A stretch of 64,000 nucleotides of DNA, taken from Spirochaetota bacterium (GTDB lineage: Bacteria > Spirochaetota > UBA6919 > CBDBPB01). The notes under the pieces were generated by a model. It was given only the letters and a program-made list of their open reading frames with translations, searched no databases and was not told where the DNA came from. The stretch spans positions 1 through 64,000 of the forward strand of contig CBDBPB010000003.1 of NCBI GenBank assembly GCA_965208615.1, given 5' to 3'. Below are positions 29,094 through 39,191 of the stretch, piece after piece (position 1 is the first letter of the stretch; each line of letters begins with the position of its first letter). The translations under genes and the position numbers were made by a program.

Positions 29094-30812
29094 TTAAGCA
29101 TAATATTTTATACCACTATTAGCCTCTATCCTAACTTTTCCTTTCTTTTTTAAATAGTCTCGAACTACATCATATACAGGCTTAGCTCCTTGTCTTAGGT
29201 TTGAGCCTGCTCTATACAAATTACCACCCCAAGCAGAAATCTTATACAACTTTTTAGGATTAAACGCCTTGCCATCTATCTTAATACTTTCTATAGGTAT
29301 TCTTTTCAAAACAGGAGCGTTAATTTTAATAGACATCTCAACACCAAGTAAACGACTAAAGTCTCCCCCTTGTTGTTTATAGGGGTCAGAATTAAATAGG
29401 TTATCTAAGATATCTTCAAATATCATCCACAGTTGTTCTCCCTGCATATCAAAGGTCCAAACATTAGGATAAGTAATAGATGTATGATCATAAACATCTT
29501 TCATAGTTATCTCATCCCCTGGTAATAAGGTTGTTCCCCAACGGTAACCAGGTGAAAAGACAATCTCTGGATCATAAGTATCTTTTATTGCCTCAACAAT
29601 AAGCTGATCAAATGTTCCCATGAAGGTATCTCTTCTATATAAAAGACTTTCTGTAACAGCTAGTTTTTCATATAGCTTTACTTCATATGGTTTATGCCAT
29701 TTATCTATAAGCTCCTGCATCTTTGGATCAGGTGGAATAAAATTAGAAAGAACAGGTAGTAGCTTATGTCTAAAGTTAGCAATTTTCTTATTTTGCACAT
29801 CAAGGTCAATTCTCCCTAAGAACTTTCCATGAGAACCAGCCTGAACTAAAATGGTATTACCAATCTTAAGAGCTTTTGGAAGAGGATCATGGGTATGACC
29901 TGTTATAAGTAAATCAATTCCTTTAACCTCTTTTGCTATTTTCTTATCCACTTCTAAGCCATTATGGCTCAAAACTATTACAATATCCACCTTATCTTCG
30001 TTTTTAAGCTTATCAGTAAGCCTTTGGATATTAGAAGGCCTAATTCCAAAAGACCATCCTTCAGAAATATGGTTATTTTCCTCAAGAGTTCGTGGATGTG
30101 CAAGGGGAACATAAGGAAAAGACTGACCAATTATTCCAACCTTAACATCTTTTGTTTGTTTTATAACATACTCTTTAAAAACTTTGTCGCCTTCTTTTTC
30201 AAAGTCAGTATAAACAACATTCTGGCATACAAAATCAGCTTTAAGCTGTTTAATTCTTTTAAAGAGAATATCTTGTCCAAAAGTGAACTCCCAATGAGGA
30301 GACATAACATCAATACCCAATAAGTTTTGAGCTTCTACAAGAGCTTCACCTTCAGTTAGCAGTCCAATACCTGTTCCAACCCAAGTATCTCCTGAATCCA
30401 GGAATAGACATCTATCTTTACCTCTATCAGACATAATCTGCTTTGACAAAGTAGACAAATGAGCATATCCTCCCATTTTACCGTACTTCTTAGCTAAATT
30501 AGGAAAGTCAAGATAAGACTGAAAGTATGCTTCTTTAGTACCAGAATTAATGTTCCAATACTTAAGACGGTCTTTACCTACAATATGTCCTGGAGTATTG
30601 GTCATATTAGCAGGTGCAAGATTTAGAGAAGGTTCTCTATAATATATTGGTCTAAGATGAGCATGACTATCTGCTATAAATAGTATAGTTAGATTGCCCA
30701 AGGGATCAAACTCATAGAACTTTTCTGCGTCACTACACTGTTCAAGAGATAGACCTGTAACTAAAGCTAATTCTAAAGCTAAAGTTGCTTTTAAAAACTC
30801 TCTTCTATCCAT
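29094..30812 (-). CDS. soxB: Thiosulfohydrolase SoxB
   Basis: Tat motif MDRREFLK; DSHAHLRPIYYREPSLN; DSGDTW; HWEFT; GHTHD; FSPGYRWG; QQGGD. Confidence 0.96.
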   Translation of the reverse strand: MDRREFLKATLALELALVTGLSLEQCSDAEKFYEFDPLGNLTILFIADSHAHLRPIYYREPSLNLAPANMTNTPGHIVGKDRLKYWNINSGTKEAYFQSYLDFPNLAKKYGKMGGYAHLSTLSKQIMSDRGKDRCLFLDSGDTWVGTGIGLLTEGEALVEAQNLLGIDVMSPHWEFTFGQDILFKRIKQLKADFVCQNVVYTDFEKEGDKVFKEYVIKQTKDVKVGIIGQSFPYVPLAHPRTLEENNHISEGWSFGIRPSNIQRLTDKLKNEDKVDIVIVLSHNGLEVDKKIAKEVKGIDLLITGHTHDPLPKALKIGNTILVQAGSHGKFLGRIDLDVQNKKIANFRHKLLPVLSNFIPPDPKMQELIDKWHKPYEVKLYEKLAVTESLLYRRDTFMGTFDQLIVEAIKDTYDPEIVFSPGYRWGTTLLPGDEITMKDVYDHTSITYPNVWTFDMQGEQLWMIFEDILDNLFNSDPYKQQGGDFSRLLGVEMSIKINAPVLKRIPIESIKIDGKAFNPKKLYKISAWGGNLYRAGSNLRQGAKPVYDVVRDYLKKKGKVRIEANSGIKYYA

Positions 30813-30848
30813 AAAATCTTCCTCCTATACTCTTAGCATACTAGTTTT

Positions 30849-31622
30849 TTATCTTACCCATCCTGGAACATCTATCTTTGCACCTTGAGCTTTATGAGTA
30901 ATATATAACTCAAGAGCTGTTAGTGGAATAGAACCAGTTTTTAATTTTTTCATTCTAGCATTTTTCATACATTGCCTAAACCTTTGCTCTATTAAATAAG
31001 CATTACCTTTTCTCATTCTGTATGCAGGCCAATGAGAAGCACCACTTCCAATAGCAGCTAGTTTTTGCATTCTAAGAGTTTTACCAGGTAGAATATCATG
31101 GCAGACTTTGCAAGATAAGTTTCTTTGTCCTCTTCGTTGGCTATAAACTAATTTACCTAGTTCATACCATTCTTTTGCTTTTCCATCAATCTTTACATTA
31201 ACAGGCATCCCATTGGATAGTGATTTAATATAAAGAGTCATAGAAGTCATTTCATAAGAACCAAGCTTTATGGTTTCTTTTGGTGCAAAAGATTTTATAC
31301 ATACGTTAATTTGCTTTTGAAGACTAACCATAGTTTTGGCAGACTTAGTGATCTTAGGATAAGTTGCAGCAACACCTTTTAAATCACTTTCTGGCTTTGC
31401 ATGGCAAGTAAGACAAGATTTTCCTTCAGAGCCTCTTTTCTTACCAAGAAACTTTTTTCCTTCATCAATCATTATATCAGCAGGGTTTATCCCGCTACTA
31501 TACAATGATAGATCATCTTTTGATATACTCTCAGTTTTTTGTGCAGGTAGAGTAATAGCTATAAAGGCCCCTATTACAACTACAACTGTAAAAATAGAGT
31601 ATTTAAATAGTTTTTTTCTCAT
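30849..31622 (-). CDS. soxA: Diheme cytochrome SoxA
   Basis: CLTCH and CKVCH; RRGQRNLSC; HWPAYR; RFRQCM; LELY. Confidence 0.95.
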   Translation of the reverse strand: MRKKLFKYSIFTVVVVIGAFIAITLPAQKTESISKDDLSLYSSGINPADIMIDEGKKFLGKKRGSEGKSCLTCHAKPESDLKGVAATYPKITKSAKTMVSLQKQINVCIKSFAPKETIKLGSYEMTSMTLYIKSLSNGMPVNVKIDGKAKEWYELGKLVYSQRRGQRNLSCKVCHDILPGKTLRMQKLAAIGSGASHWPAYRMRKGNAYLIEQRFRQCMKNARMKKLKTGSIPLTALELYITHKAQGAKIDVPGWVR

Positions 31623-31624
31623 AG

Positions 31625-32098
31625 CTAATCTCCTGCCTTAACATCTACTGATTTCTCAAAAATATTGTCTTTATTATCCTTCCAAACAACTTTTAAAGGT
31701 GCAGATTTTATAACCTTTAGCTTAAAAGAAAAATAAGGATCTTTACTTATAGATGGATGTGTATCAAGTGAAGCTATATTTGCATCTCCATAATATACAC
31801 TTATATTTTTTATATAATGTACGGGTTTAGCTTTTTTGCCAATACCAGTATGCTGAGGATGTGTTATAACTGTTTTAACTTCTATAACATCTCCTTTTTT
31901 ATAATTTCTTGGTAACCGTATAAGAGCCTTACCAAATTTATTATTTTTCTTTTTTTCAGCAGAGGTTTTAGGTTTTTCTATTTTAGAAGAAGTTGAAGGT
32001 TTTGCTTCTTCTTTTTTTGTCTCTGGTTTTTGACAATTGTTAATGGAAACTAGAAAGACCATTACCACTAAAGCACCAAACACTCTTATTGTCATCAT
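31625..32098 (-). CDS. soxZ: Sulfur carrier SoxZ with N-terminal lipoprotein-like extension
   Basis: EVKTVITHPQHTG, HYI, SISKDPYFSF, WKDNK; located between soxY and soxA. Confidence 0.92.
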   Translation of the reverse strand: MMTIRVFGALVVMVFLVSINNCQKPETKKEEAKPSTSSKIEKPKTSAEKKKNNKFGKALIRLPRNYKKGDVIEVKTVITHPQHTGIGKKAKPVHYIKNISVYYGDANIASLDTHPSISKDPYFSFKLKVIKSAPLKVVWKDNKDNIFEKSVDVKAGD

Positions 32099-32194
32099 TG
32101 TTCTCCTTAATTATTAATTAATTTAATTATTTTATTAGACTCCAAATAGCTTTTGGACTCACTCACACAATACTACTAGATTTTTTATTATATA

Positions 32195-32626
32195 TTAACC
32201 GCATCCACCAATAGTAACCTTTATTGTTTTTTTAGCAGTATATACTTTACCATCATTCATTACAGCATAAACTCTAACTTCAGATGTTTTTCCCATTCTA
32301 ATCCTAGTTGAAAAACCAACAGCTCCCATATCAGGAGTTAGTTTGCTTAAGAATACCTTTGGATTAGGATTACCAGGCACTAAAACAGATAAAGATTCAA
32401 CATAATTATCTTTAGTTATAGGAAGGTCAACACTTATAGAAATAGGAATAACAGCTCCATTTTCAGCAATAACTGGAGCTTTAATATTCACTTTTTTAGA
32501 GCTTATTAACTGTTTTCCTTTTGTTACATCTTTAATGATTTTTTTTAGCTTAGCACTATCCTTTCCATAGCCTATAACTCCAAATATTACTAAACAACTA
32601 ATTAACATAATTTTTACTTTTCTCAT
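32195..32626 (-). CDS. soxY: Sulfur carrier SoxY
   Basis: APVIAENGAVIP, STRIRMGKTS, C-terminal swinging arm VKVTIGGCG-type motif. Confidence 0.95.
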   Translation of the reverse strand: MRKVKIMLISCLVIFGVIGYGKDSAKLKKIIKDVTKGKQLISSKKVNIKAPVIAENGAVIPISISVDLPITKDNYVESLSVLVPGNPNPKVFLSKLTPDMGAVGFSTRIRMGKTSEVRVYAVMNDGKVYTAKKTIKVTIGGCG

Positions 32627-32664
32627 TATTTGATCTCCTTGATTTATTTTTGTTAATATAGTAA

Positions 32665-33183
32665 CTACTTTAAAGTATTTAAATAAGCTACTATATCCAC
32701 AATATCTTGTTCAGACAAAACTTTTGTCGGTAATGCCGGTGGCATAACAGTTGACTTAAGTACATACCTTCTATCAGCAATAACTTGGAATAACCAATCA
32801 TCATTTTTATAATTTTTATCACGGCCCAAGTTAGCTCGGTATTTTACTAAAGAAAAACCTATATCACCACAACCTTTTGCATCTTCTGTACAATGACAAG
32901 CTGCACAGTTTCCAGTTTTTGTATTAGAAAATATTTTTTCTCCTTTTTTAGGATCACCTTTCAATCCTTTGGGATATGAATATTTTACTGGATTAGGGTT
33001 TATGTCAGAAAATATTTTTTTAGCATCAAACTTGCCATCTGTTTTATAGTCAGCAAGTGATTTGCCTTTAACGTTAGTATCTTTAGCAGTCGATTTCTTT
33101 TTTTCACCTTGACATCCTGACAAAAACATCATGGCGAAAACAATAAATATACTAAAGGTATACGTCATAATTTGTTTATACAT
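32665..33183 (-). CDS. soxX: Cytochrome c SoxX (lipoprotein)
   Basis: GDPKKGEKIF...GNCAACH...TVMP...LSEQDIVDIVAYLNTLK; lipobox LSGC. Confidence 0.93.
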   Translation of the reverse strand: MYKQIMTYTFSIFIVFAMMFLSGCQGEKKKSTAKDTNVKGKSLADYKTDGKFDAKKIFSDINPNPVKYSYPKGLKGDPKKGEKIFSNTKTGNCAACHCTEDAKGCGDIGFSLVKYRANLGRDKNYKNDDWLFQVIADRRYVLKSTVMPPALPTKVLSEQDIVDIVAYLNTLK

Positions 33184-33419
33184 TCACGTTCTCCTTTTGG
33201 TTTATACATTTAGATGTCTCCTTAATAAAGTTATTAAATGTAAAATACTAATTATTGACTTTTTTGAAAAGTAAAATATTAATTTTTTCAAAAAAATGCC
33301 TATTTTAAAATGCTGGCTAGCACTTATAATATTAAGTAGATAGAAGTTGTATATTGGTAGTAAGCTTAGTTTTTACATATAAAGTAGTAATTTACCCGTA
33401 TGTATTTTTATGTATTTTA

Positions 33420-34013
33420 TTAGCGGTTTAACATATCAGGTTTTACAAATAACAAAAACCTTACCAAAAAGAAAGTAACTATACCCTCTATAACAGCAAC
33501 AGGGATATAAGCTATAACTAAAGACCTAAGTAGATATTGAACTTTCTCTCCGGTATAGACTAATATAAATATAGTAATTATGGTTGTCATCATAATGGCT
33601 AATGCAGATAATATACCTGCCCATATACTTAGGTATAAACTTGATCCCTTAAGCCTTTTGAATATTAAGTGAACAATAAAAGCAGGTAATCCCAAACTTA
33701 GACTTGTTAGACCAATCATGGTTACCCCTCCATGCTGGAACATTATTGATTGTAAAAAAAGCCCAATCACAATGGATATTATAGATAATTGCCCTAATAC
33801 TATTCCCATTAATCCGTTTAGGGATAAGTGAATAGATACTCCTCCTATAGGGATATTAATTAAAGAGGTTACAAAAAATGAGGCAGTCATAATGGCTGTT
33901 TTAGGTATATCTTCCTGATTAATCTTTTTAAGAGATATATAACTAAGACCAGCAGATATTATATATCCTCCTATAAAGAGTTCAGGTTTTACTATTCCGT
34001 CTGGCAGGTGCAT
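33420..34013 (-). CDS. cbiM: CbiM/NikM ECF Co/Ni substrate-binding membrane component
   Basis: MHLPDG N-terminus; HLSLNGLMG; QHGG; IEG. Confidence 0.92.
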   Translation of the reverse strand: MHLPDGIVKPELFIGGYIISAGLSYISLKKINQEDIPKTAIMTASFFVTSLINIPIGGVSIHLSLNGLMGIVLGQLSIISIVIGLFLQSIMFQHGGVTMIGLTSLSLGLPAFIVHLIFKRLKGSSLYLSIWAGILSALAIMMTTIITIFILVYTGEKVQYLLRSLVIAYIPVAVIEGIVTFFLVRFLLFVKPDMLNR

Positions 34014-34021
34014 ATATTATC

Positions 34022-34456
34022 CTATATTGTCTTTTTCTTTCTCATAAAGAAAAGTGCCGTACCAATTAGTCCCCAGCATACAGATAAGGCAATAATTATT
34101 TTGTGCATGCCAGATAAGTTATTAGATTCACTTGTAGCAATCATATCTTTATTAACTTGTATAGTAAGCCGTCCGCCATGTCCTGATCTATCCCTAAATA
34201 AGGCTATCCACTTTCCAGGCTTATCTGGCTTAAAGAAAAACATACCATTTTTATTCAACTGGGATAATATAACAGGTTCATCTTTATTATTTGGAGCATA
34301 AATAGAAACCTTACCAAAAAAGGCCTTACCTAACTCATCCTTAACTGATATACCTATTATCCCTTTTTTGATTATCTTACTACTTATACCATGAGAATAG
34401 CATATAGATACGCTAAATACTAAAACAGCAATCAGAATCACTCTTTTTAGATACAT
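34022..34456 (-). CDS. NikL/CbiL-like accessory protein
   Basis: Signal peptide ending ..SHG; NGMFFFKPDKPGKW; GH; C-terminal TM; directly upstream of cbiM. Confidence 0.65.
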   Translation of the reverse strand: MYLKRVILIAVLVFSVSICYSHGISSKIIKKGIIGISVKDELGKAFFGKVSIYAPNNKDEPVILSQLNKNGMFFFKPDKPGKWIALFRDRSGHGGRLTIQVNKDMIATSESNNLSGMHKIIIALSVCWGLIGTALFFMRKKKTI

Positions 34457-34540
34457 ACAAACAACCTATAATATTAGTTTATATTTATACAAGAACAATA
34501 CTTCATTTTTAATATTAATTTTAGCAGATAAAAATATTAA

Positions 34541-34819
34541 TTACAGCTTAAACCCTTTACCAGCAAACTGTATATTATTTTGATCGTTACTCCTAGGAGG
34601 GGATACTGCATGTACTCCATCACAATAGGGACATAATCCAACATAGGTCTCCAGTATAAACTCCTTACCACAGCCCTGACACTTTGTCTTTAATGGACCA
34701 TTCGTAATTGGTTGATTTCTTATTGCTCCATTATGTGCGTTATAAACGAACTTAACAAGTTCAAGTCCTTCTGAGAATGGGCTTCCTTGTCCATCACCAC
34801 AACTATTACAGCTTGACAT
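34541..34819 (-). CDS. Small Cys-rich metal-binding protein
   Basis: CxxC motifs (CNSC, CQGC, CPYC); RBS AGGAG. Confidence 0.75.
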   Translation of the reverse strand: MSSCNSCGDGQGSPFSEGLELVKFVYNAHNGAIRNQPITNGPLKTKCQGCGKEFILETYVGLCPYCDGVHAVSPPRSNDQNNIQFAGKGFKL

Positions 34820-35199
34820 TTATTTTCTCCTAATTAAAGTTATAATATATTGATATATGTTTAAATTTAGTGATATTCTTTATATTTGTAAAGACTTATT
34901 TATTTTTATTATACAGCTACAATGGAGAATATAAAATTAGGTTATTGTAAAAACGTTCTAAGATAATCAATTATTATAGACATTAACTGCTATAAAAGGA
35001 TAGACTGGATTATTATAATATTATATATTGACGTTATGTGTAAAGTTCCAACAAGTTGACAACTGTAATATCTTAATAGAATATTTAAGTTAACTAAGAT
35101 AAATAATATCCGTTAGAATAACCTACTAGAACCCCTCTATAACACCTTTATAAAAAAACAACTTCTTAAATTAAATAAACTTTCTAAAAGATAACAAAA

Positions 35200-35325
35200 T
35201 TGTCAATAACTTGTCAATAATAAATAAATATCTTCGTTCCTTCTATAATATTCGCCTGTGATAAACAAAATATCAACAAAATATCAACACATTTAAATAT
35301 TTAAATGTGGATAACATGTGGATAA
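35200..35325. promoter_or_regulatory. DnaA-box cluster upstream of dnaA (candidate oriC or autoregulatory site)
   Basis: Perfect TGTGGATAA at 35306-35314 and 35317-35325; degenerate tandem TGTCAATAA (35201, 35212) and ATATCAACA; AT-rich. Confidence 0.75.
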
Positions 35326-35415
35326 CTAAAATATTATATATAAAATTTATCTAAAGAAAAAATCAAATTTATAAGATAGATTTTCTATAAGACTAATCAT
35401 TAGGATAAAATATAT

Positions 35416-36761
35416 ATGCTAAAACTAGACTGGAATACCTTTGATCAATTTTTAAGAAAAACCTTTCCTAAAGATCAAGAGTTATGGTTAAATTATGTGA
35501 AGTTCTTATCATCGTCGGATAATGAAGTCTTTATATCAGTACCCAATCAACTTTACAAAGAAAGAGTCTATAGTAAATACTATAAAGCTTTAAACCAGCT
35601 ATACAAAAAACAGTTTAATAAAAAACTAAATCTCAATGTTATGATCGGAGAAGAAGAAGATATAATTGTTAAACCTACAAATAATAACCACTTCACACAA
35701 AAAACTAATAATAACTCGAAAATTAATAATAAATTAAAACTAGATATAAAATATACTTTTGATAGCTTTGTAGTAGGTAATAATAGCCTATTAGCTCATG
35801 CCGCTGCCCGAAGGATAGCTAGTGTACCCGGTGAAAATTATAATCCATTTTTTCTATATGGAGGTGTAGGACTAGGTAAAACCCATCTAATGCAGGCTAT
35901 TGGGCATCAGGTTACCATTAAAGAACCCTTTATGGAAGTAATATATGTTACCAGTGAACAGTTCACCAATGAATATATAGTATCACTACAAAAAGGCCAG
36001 GTTCATGCATTTAGACTTAAATATAGAAACGCAGATTATACTTTTAATTGATGACATTCAGTTCTTAGAAAGAAAAGAGGGAATTCAAGAAGAACTTTTT
36101 CATACATTTAATATGCTAAAAGATTCAGGTAAACAAATGGTCTTTACCAGTGATAGATCCCCCAGAGAGCTTAAAACTATTAAGGATAGATTAATATCCC
36201 GTTTTTCATCCGGATTAGTAGCCGATATTAAACCTCCTGACTTAGAAACCAGAGAAGCCATTATCAGAAAGAAAATGATAGAAAATCAAATTGTAATAAA
36301 TAAAGAAATTATTAACTTTTTGGCAACAAATATTACCAATAATGTTAGAGAATTAGAGGCATCGGTTATTAAGCTAAAATCCATTGTAGACCTGCTAAAT
36401 GAAAAATTAACACTAAAACGAGTCGAAGAAGAATTACAGGATATACTAAATTGTAATCTTACAAAAAAACACATTTCTGTTGAACCTATACAAAAAGAAG
36501 TCGCTAACTACTATAATATTAGCTATTCAGATATGAAGTCAAAAAAAAGAACCGATGTTATTGCCAAACCACGTCAAGTTGCAGTTTATCTAACTAAACT
36601 TCTTACTAACTTGTCTACTACCGAAATTGGAAACGAGTTTGGTGGTAGAAATCACTCAACTATTATAGCCTCATGTAAAAAAATAGATAAAGAAACTTAT
36701 ATCAAATGAATCCACCCGTAACGATATTGATCATCTAAAAGCTAAGCTTTTACGTATATAA
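35416..36761 (+). CDS. dnaA: Chromosomal replication initiator DnaA (two apparent +1 frameshifts, near 36038 and 36695)
   Basis: YTFDSFVVG, YNPFFLYGGVGLGKTHL, LLIDDIQF, NVRELE, FGGRNHSTI; removing the extra bases restores one frame ending at TAA 36761. Confidence 0.95.
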
Positions 36762-36830
36762 TAGAATCATACTAAAAAACTAACTCTGTTAAAAGCCTTA
36801 TTAACGTAAATTATTATATAGGATAATCCA

Positions 36831-37305
36831 ATGATTAAAATATTGTTCGTATGTTTGGGTAATATTTGTCGTTCTCCAGCCGCAGAGGCTGTTATGAATA
36901 AAAAAATATCAGACCAAAACCTTAAACCTTATATTAGTTGTGAATCCGCAGGCACTTCTAACTATCATATTGGTGAACTCCCCGATAACAGAATGATAGA
37001 AGCCCTTTATCAAAGAGGGTATACCACAAAAAGTAGAGGACAACAAATTAAAGAAAACGATCTTAAAAACTTTGACTATATTATTGCCATGGACTCAACT
37101 AACTATCAAGGACATTATATCACTAGATAAAAAAAAGCTTTTTACTAATAAAATCTACGAACTTAAAAACTTTTCCTCTAATCCTAAGATTACCGAAGTC
37201 CCTGATCCATACTACGGAGGTAAACAAGGATTTAATAACGTCTTAGACATCCTGGAAGACGCTTGCCACTACCTTTTAGAACATATAAAAAAAGAGAAAA
37301 TATAA
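36831..37305 (+). CDS. Low-molecular-weight protein-tyrosine phosphatase (one frameshift near 37100)
   Basis: FVCLGNICRSP in the first ORF; VPDPYYGG in the second. Confidence 0.92.
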
Positions 37306-38190
37306 ATGGATAACAATCTTAAAGACAATATAAATAATATATTAAAAGTCTATTTTAATCCAAAGGTCTACATAAAAAGCCAATCACCTGTTGGAGGAGG
37401 ATGTATTAGTAATAGCTCCATTTTAAGACTTAGTAATGGAGAATCTATATTTCTTAAATTTAACATAAACTCGCCATCAGGACTATTCAAAGCAGAGGCT
37501 AACGGCTTAAAAGAATTATATAAGGCAAATGCTATTCGTATACCAAAAGTAATTGCCTTTGAGGATAATAAAAGTAGTCCTTCATTTATTCTGTTGGAAT
37601 ACCTAGCTCCTGAAGAAAAAAAGAAAGACTTTTTCGAAATATTTGCCAGACAGTTTGCTAAACTCCATCAAACTAGAGCATCCCAACACGGCTTTTTTGA
37701 GGATAACTTTATTGGAAGCACTAAACAAATTAATACGCAAATGAATAATTGGATAGATTTCTTTAAAATTAATCGCTTAGAATATCAAATTAATCTCGCT
37801 AAAACTAATGGCTTATGGAATAATAAAATGAATATCCTTTGGACTAAACTTAGTCCTAAACTAAAAACCATCCTAAATAGCTCTAATCCATCCCTATTAC
37901 ACGGCGATCTTTGGGGAGGCAATTATTTAATTGGACCAAATGGATATCCATGTTTAATAGATCCCGCAGTATATTACGGAAATAGAGAGGCAGATCTATC
38001 TATGACTACGCTATTTGGCGGTTTTGATAAAGTATTCTATAAGGCATATAATGAGGCCTTTCCACTAGAGCCAAACTATAAAGATAGAATGGAAATATAT
38101 AAACTATATCACCTATTAAACCATCTTAATCTTTTTGGCTCCAGCTATGCCGGATCAGTATTATCGATCTTAAACAGATTTGCTGGATAG
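37306..38190 (+). CDS. Fructosamine kinase family protein
   Basis: GGGCIS, FKAEANGL, LLHGDLWGGN, IDPAVYYGNREADL. Confidence 0.94.
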   Translation: MDNNLKDNINNILKVYFNPKVYIKSQSPVGGGCISNSSILRLSNGESIFLKFNINSPSGLFKAEANGLKELYKANAIRIPKVIAFEDNKSSPSFILLEYLAPEEKKKDFFEIFARQFAKLHQTRASQHGFFEDNFIGSTKQINTQMNNWIDFFKINRLEYQINLAKTNGLWNNKMNILWTKLSPKLKTILNSSNPSLLHGDLWGGNYLIGPNGYPCLIDPAVYYGNREADLSMTTLFGGFDKVFYKAYNEAFPLEPNYKDRMEIYKLYHLLNHLNLFGSSYAGSVLSILNRFAG

Positions 38191-38218
38191 AATTATAAGT
38201 TATAATCATTGATAGACC

Positions 38219-39106
38219 TTAGGGAGTTCTTTTTTTTATCAGCAAGTTCTTTTTATTAGTAAGTTCTCTTTTTTTGTTATTATCCGCTTTCTTTTTGCTA
38301 TTACCCGCTTTATAGTCAAATATAATGGTATACTTAAATTTAAGATTACTTTTAACTAACTTATATAACTTGTTTAACTTCTCCAAGTTATTTAAGTTAT
38401 TCCATTTTAGTTTATAATCTACTATTTCATAAATATTAACCTTTTTTATGCTATTTTTACCGTTATAAAAATAACTTATACATTTTACTACTTCTTTATT
38501 AGAGTCGAGATGTATTATCATTTTTATTCTTTTAGTAAAATCGTATACATATACCTCACCTGATTGAAAATAAAACTTTTTAGCATAAGGTTTTTTTATA
38601 TAGCGTTCTTTAAGCTTCACGCCATTTTTTAAAATAAAAAAAGTTTTTTTAGTAATCAGTTTTTTATTTGTATTATACTTGTCTATATTGTAGTAATAAG
38701 CTAATTTATAAATAAGACGATTTTTATAATAAGCATATTTATAGTTAATATAAAGGGTTTCTTTTTTAGGATATTGAATAGTTTTTTTAGCTAAAATTCT
38801 CTTTTTATATACGAATTTAATATCTTTAGTCCAATTTTTATTGTTAAACCATTTTTCCTTTACCAACAAGCCTAAGGAATTATATTTATATACCTTATAT
38901 TCAATTATACTGTCTTTTTCATTATATACTTCTTGTTGTATTTTTTGTCCTTGTTTGTTGTAATAGTTTACCAAATAGCCTTGTACATTATTTATACTAT
39001 CATATGATATTGCTCTTTTATATTTATACCTGTCAAGTTCTGGCAAAGCAAAGGTGGGTATTACTAATAGAATTAATAAAATTATTAAAGTAATCTTTAT
39101 TTTCAT
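38219..39106 (-). CDS. Hypothetical exported Lys/Tyr-rich protein (YD/MORN-like beta repeats)
   Basis: Signal peptide; YYNKQGQKI and YKYNSLGLL repeats. Confidence 0.65.
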   Translation of the reverse strand: MKIKITLIILLILLVIPTFALPELDRYKYKRAISYDSINNVQGYLVNYYNKQGQKIQQEVYNEKDSIIEYKVYKYNSLGLLVKEKWFNNKNWTKDIKFVYKKRILAKKTIQYPKKETLYINYKYAYYKNRLIYKLAYYYNIDKYNTNKKLITKKTFFILKNGVKLKERYIKKPYAKKFYFQSGEVYVYDFTKRIKMIIHLDSNKEVVKCISYFYNGKNSIKKVNIYEIVDYKLKWNNLNNLEKLNKLYKLVKSNLKFKYTIIFDYKAGNSKKKADNNKKRELTNKKNLLIKKRTP

Positions 39107-39191
39107 AATAATGCTCTATTTATACCTATATTGTTAATCATACTTTTTTATTTTTCGTATAATTATATATACAGTTTAAATCTTTTTTAAC

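Noticed and set aside
36005-36051. Programmed frameshift in dnaA
   Set aside because: No slippery site or stimulatory structure; similar indels in several other genes point to sequencing error.
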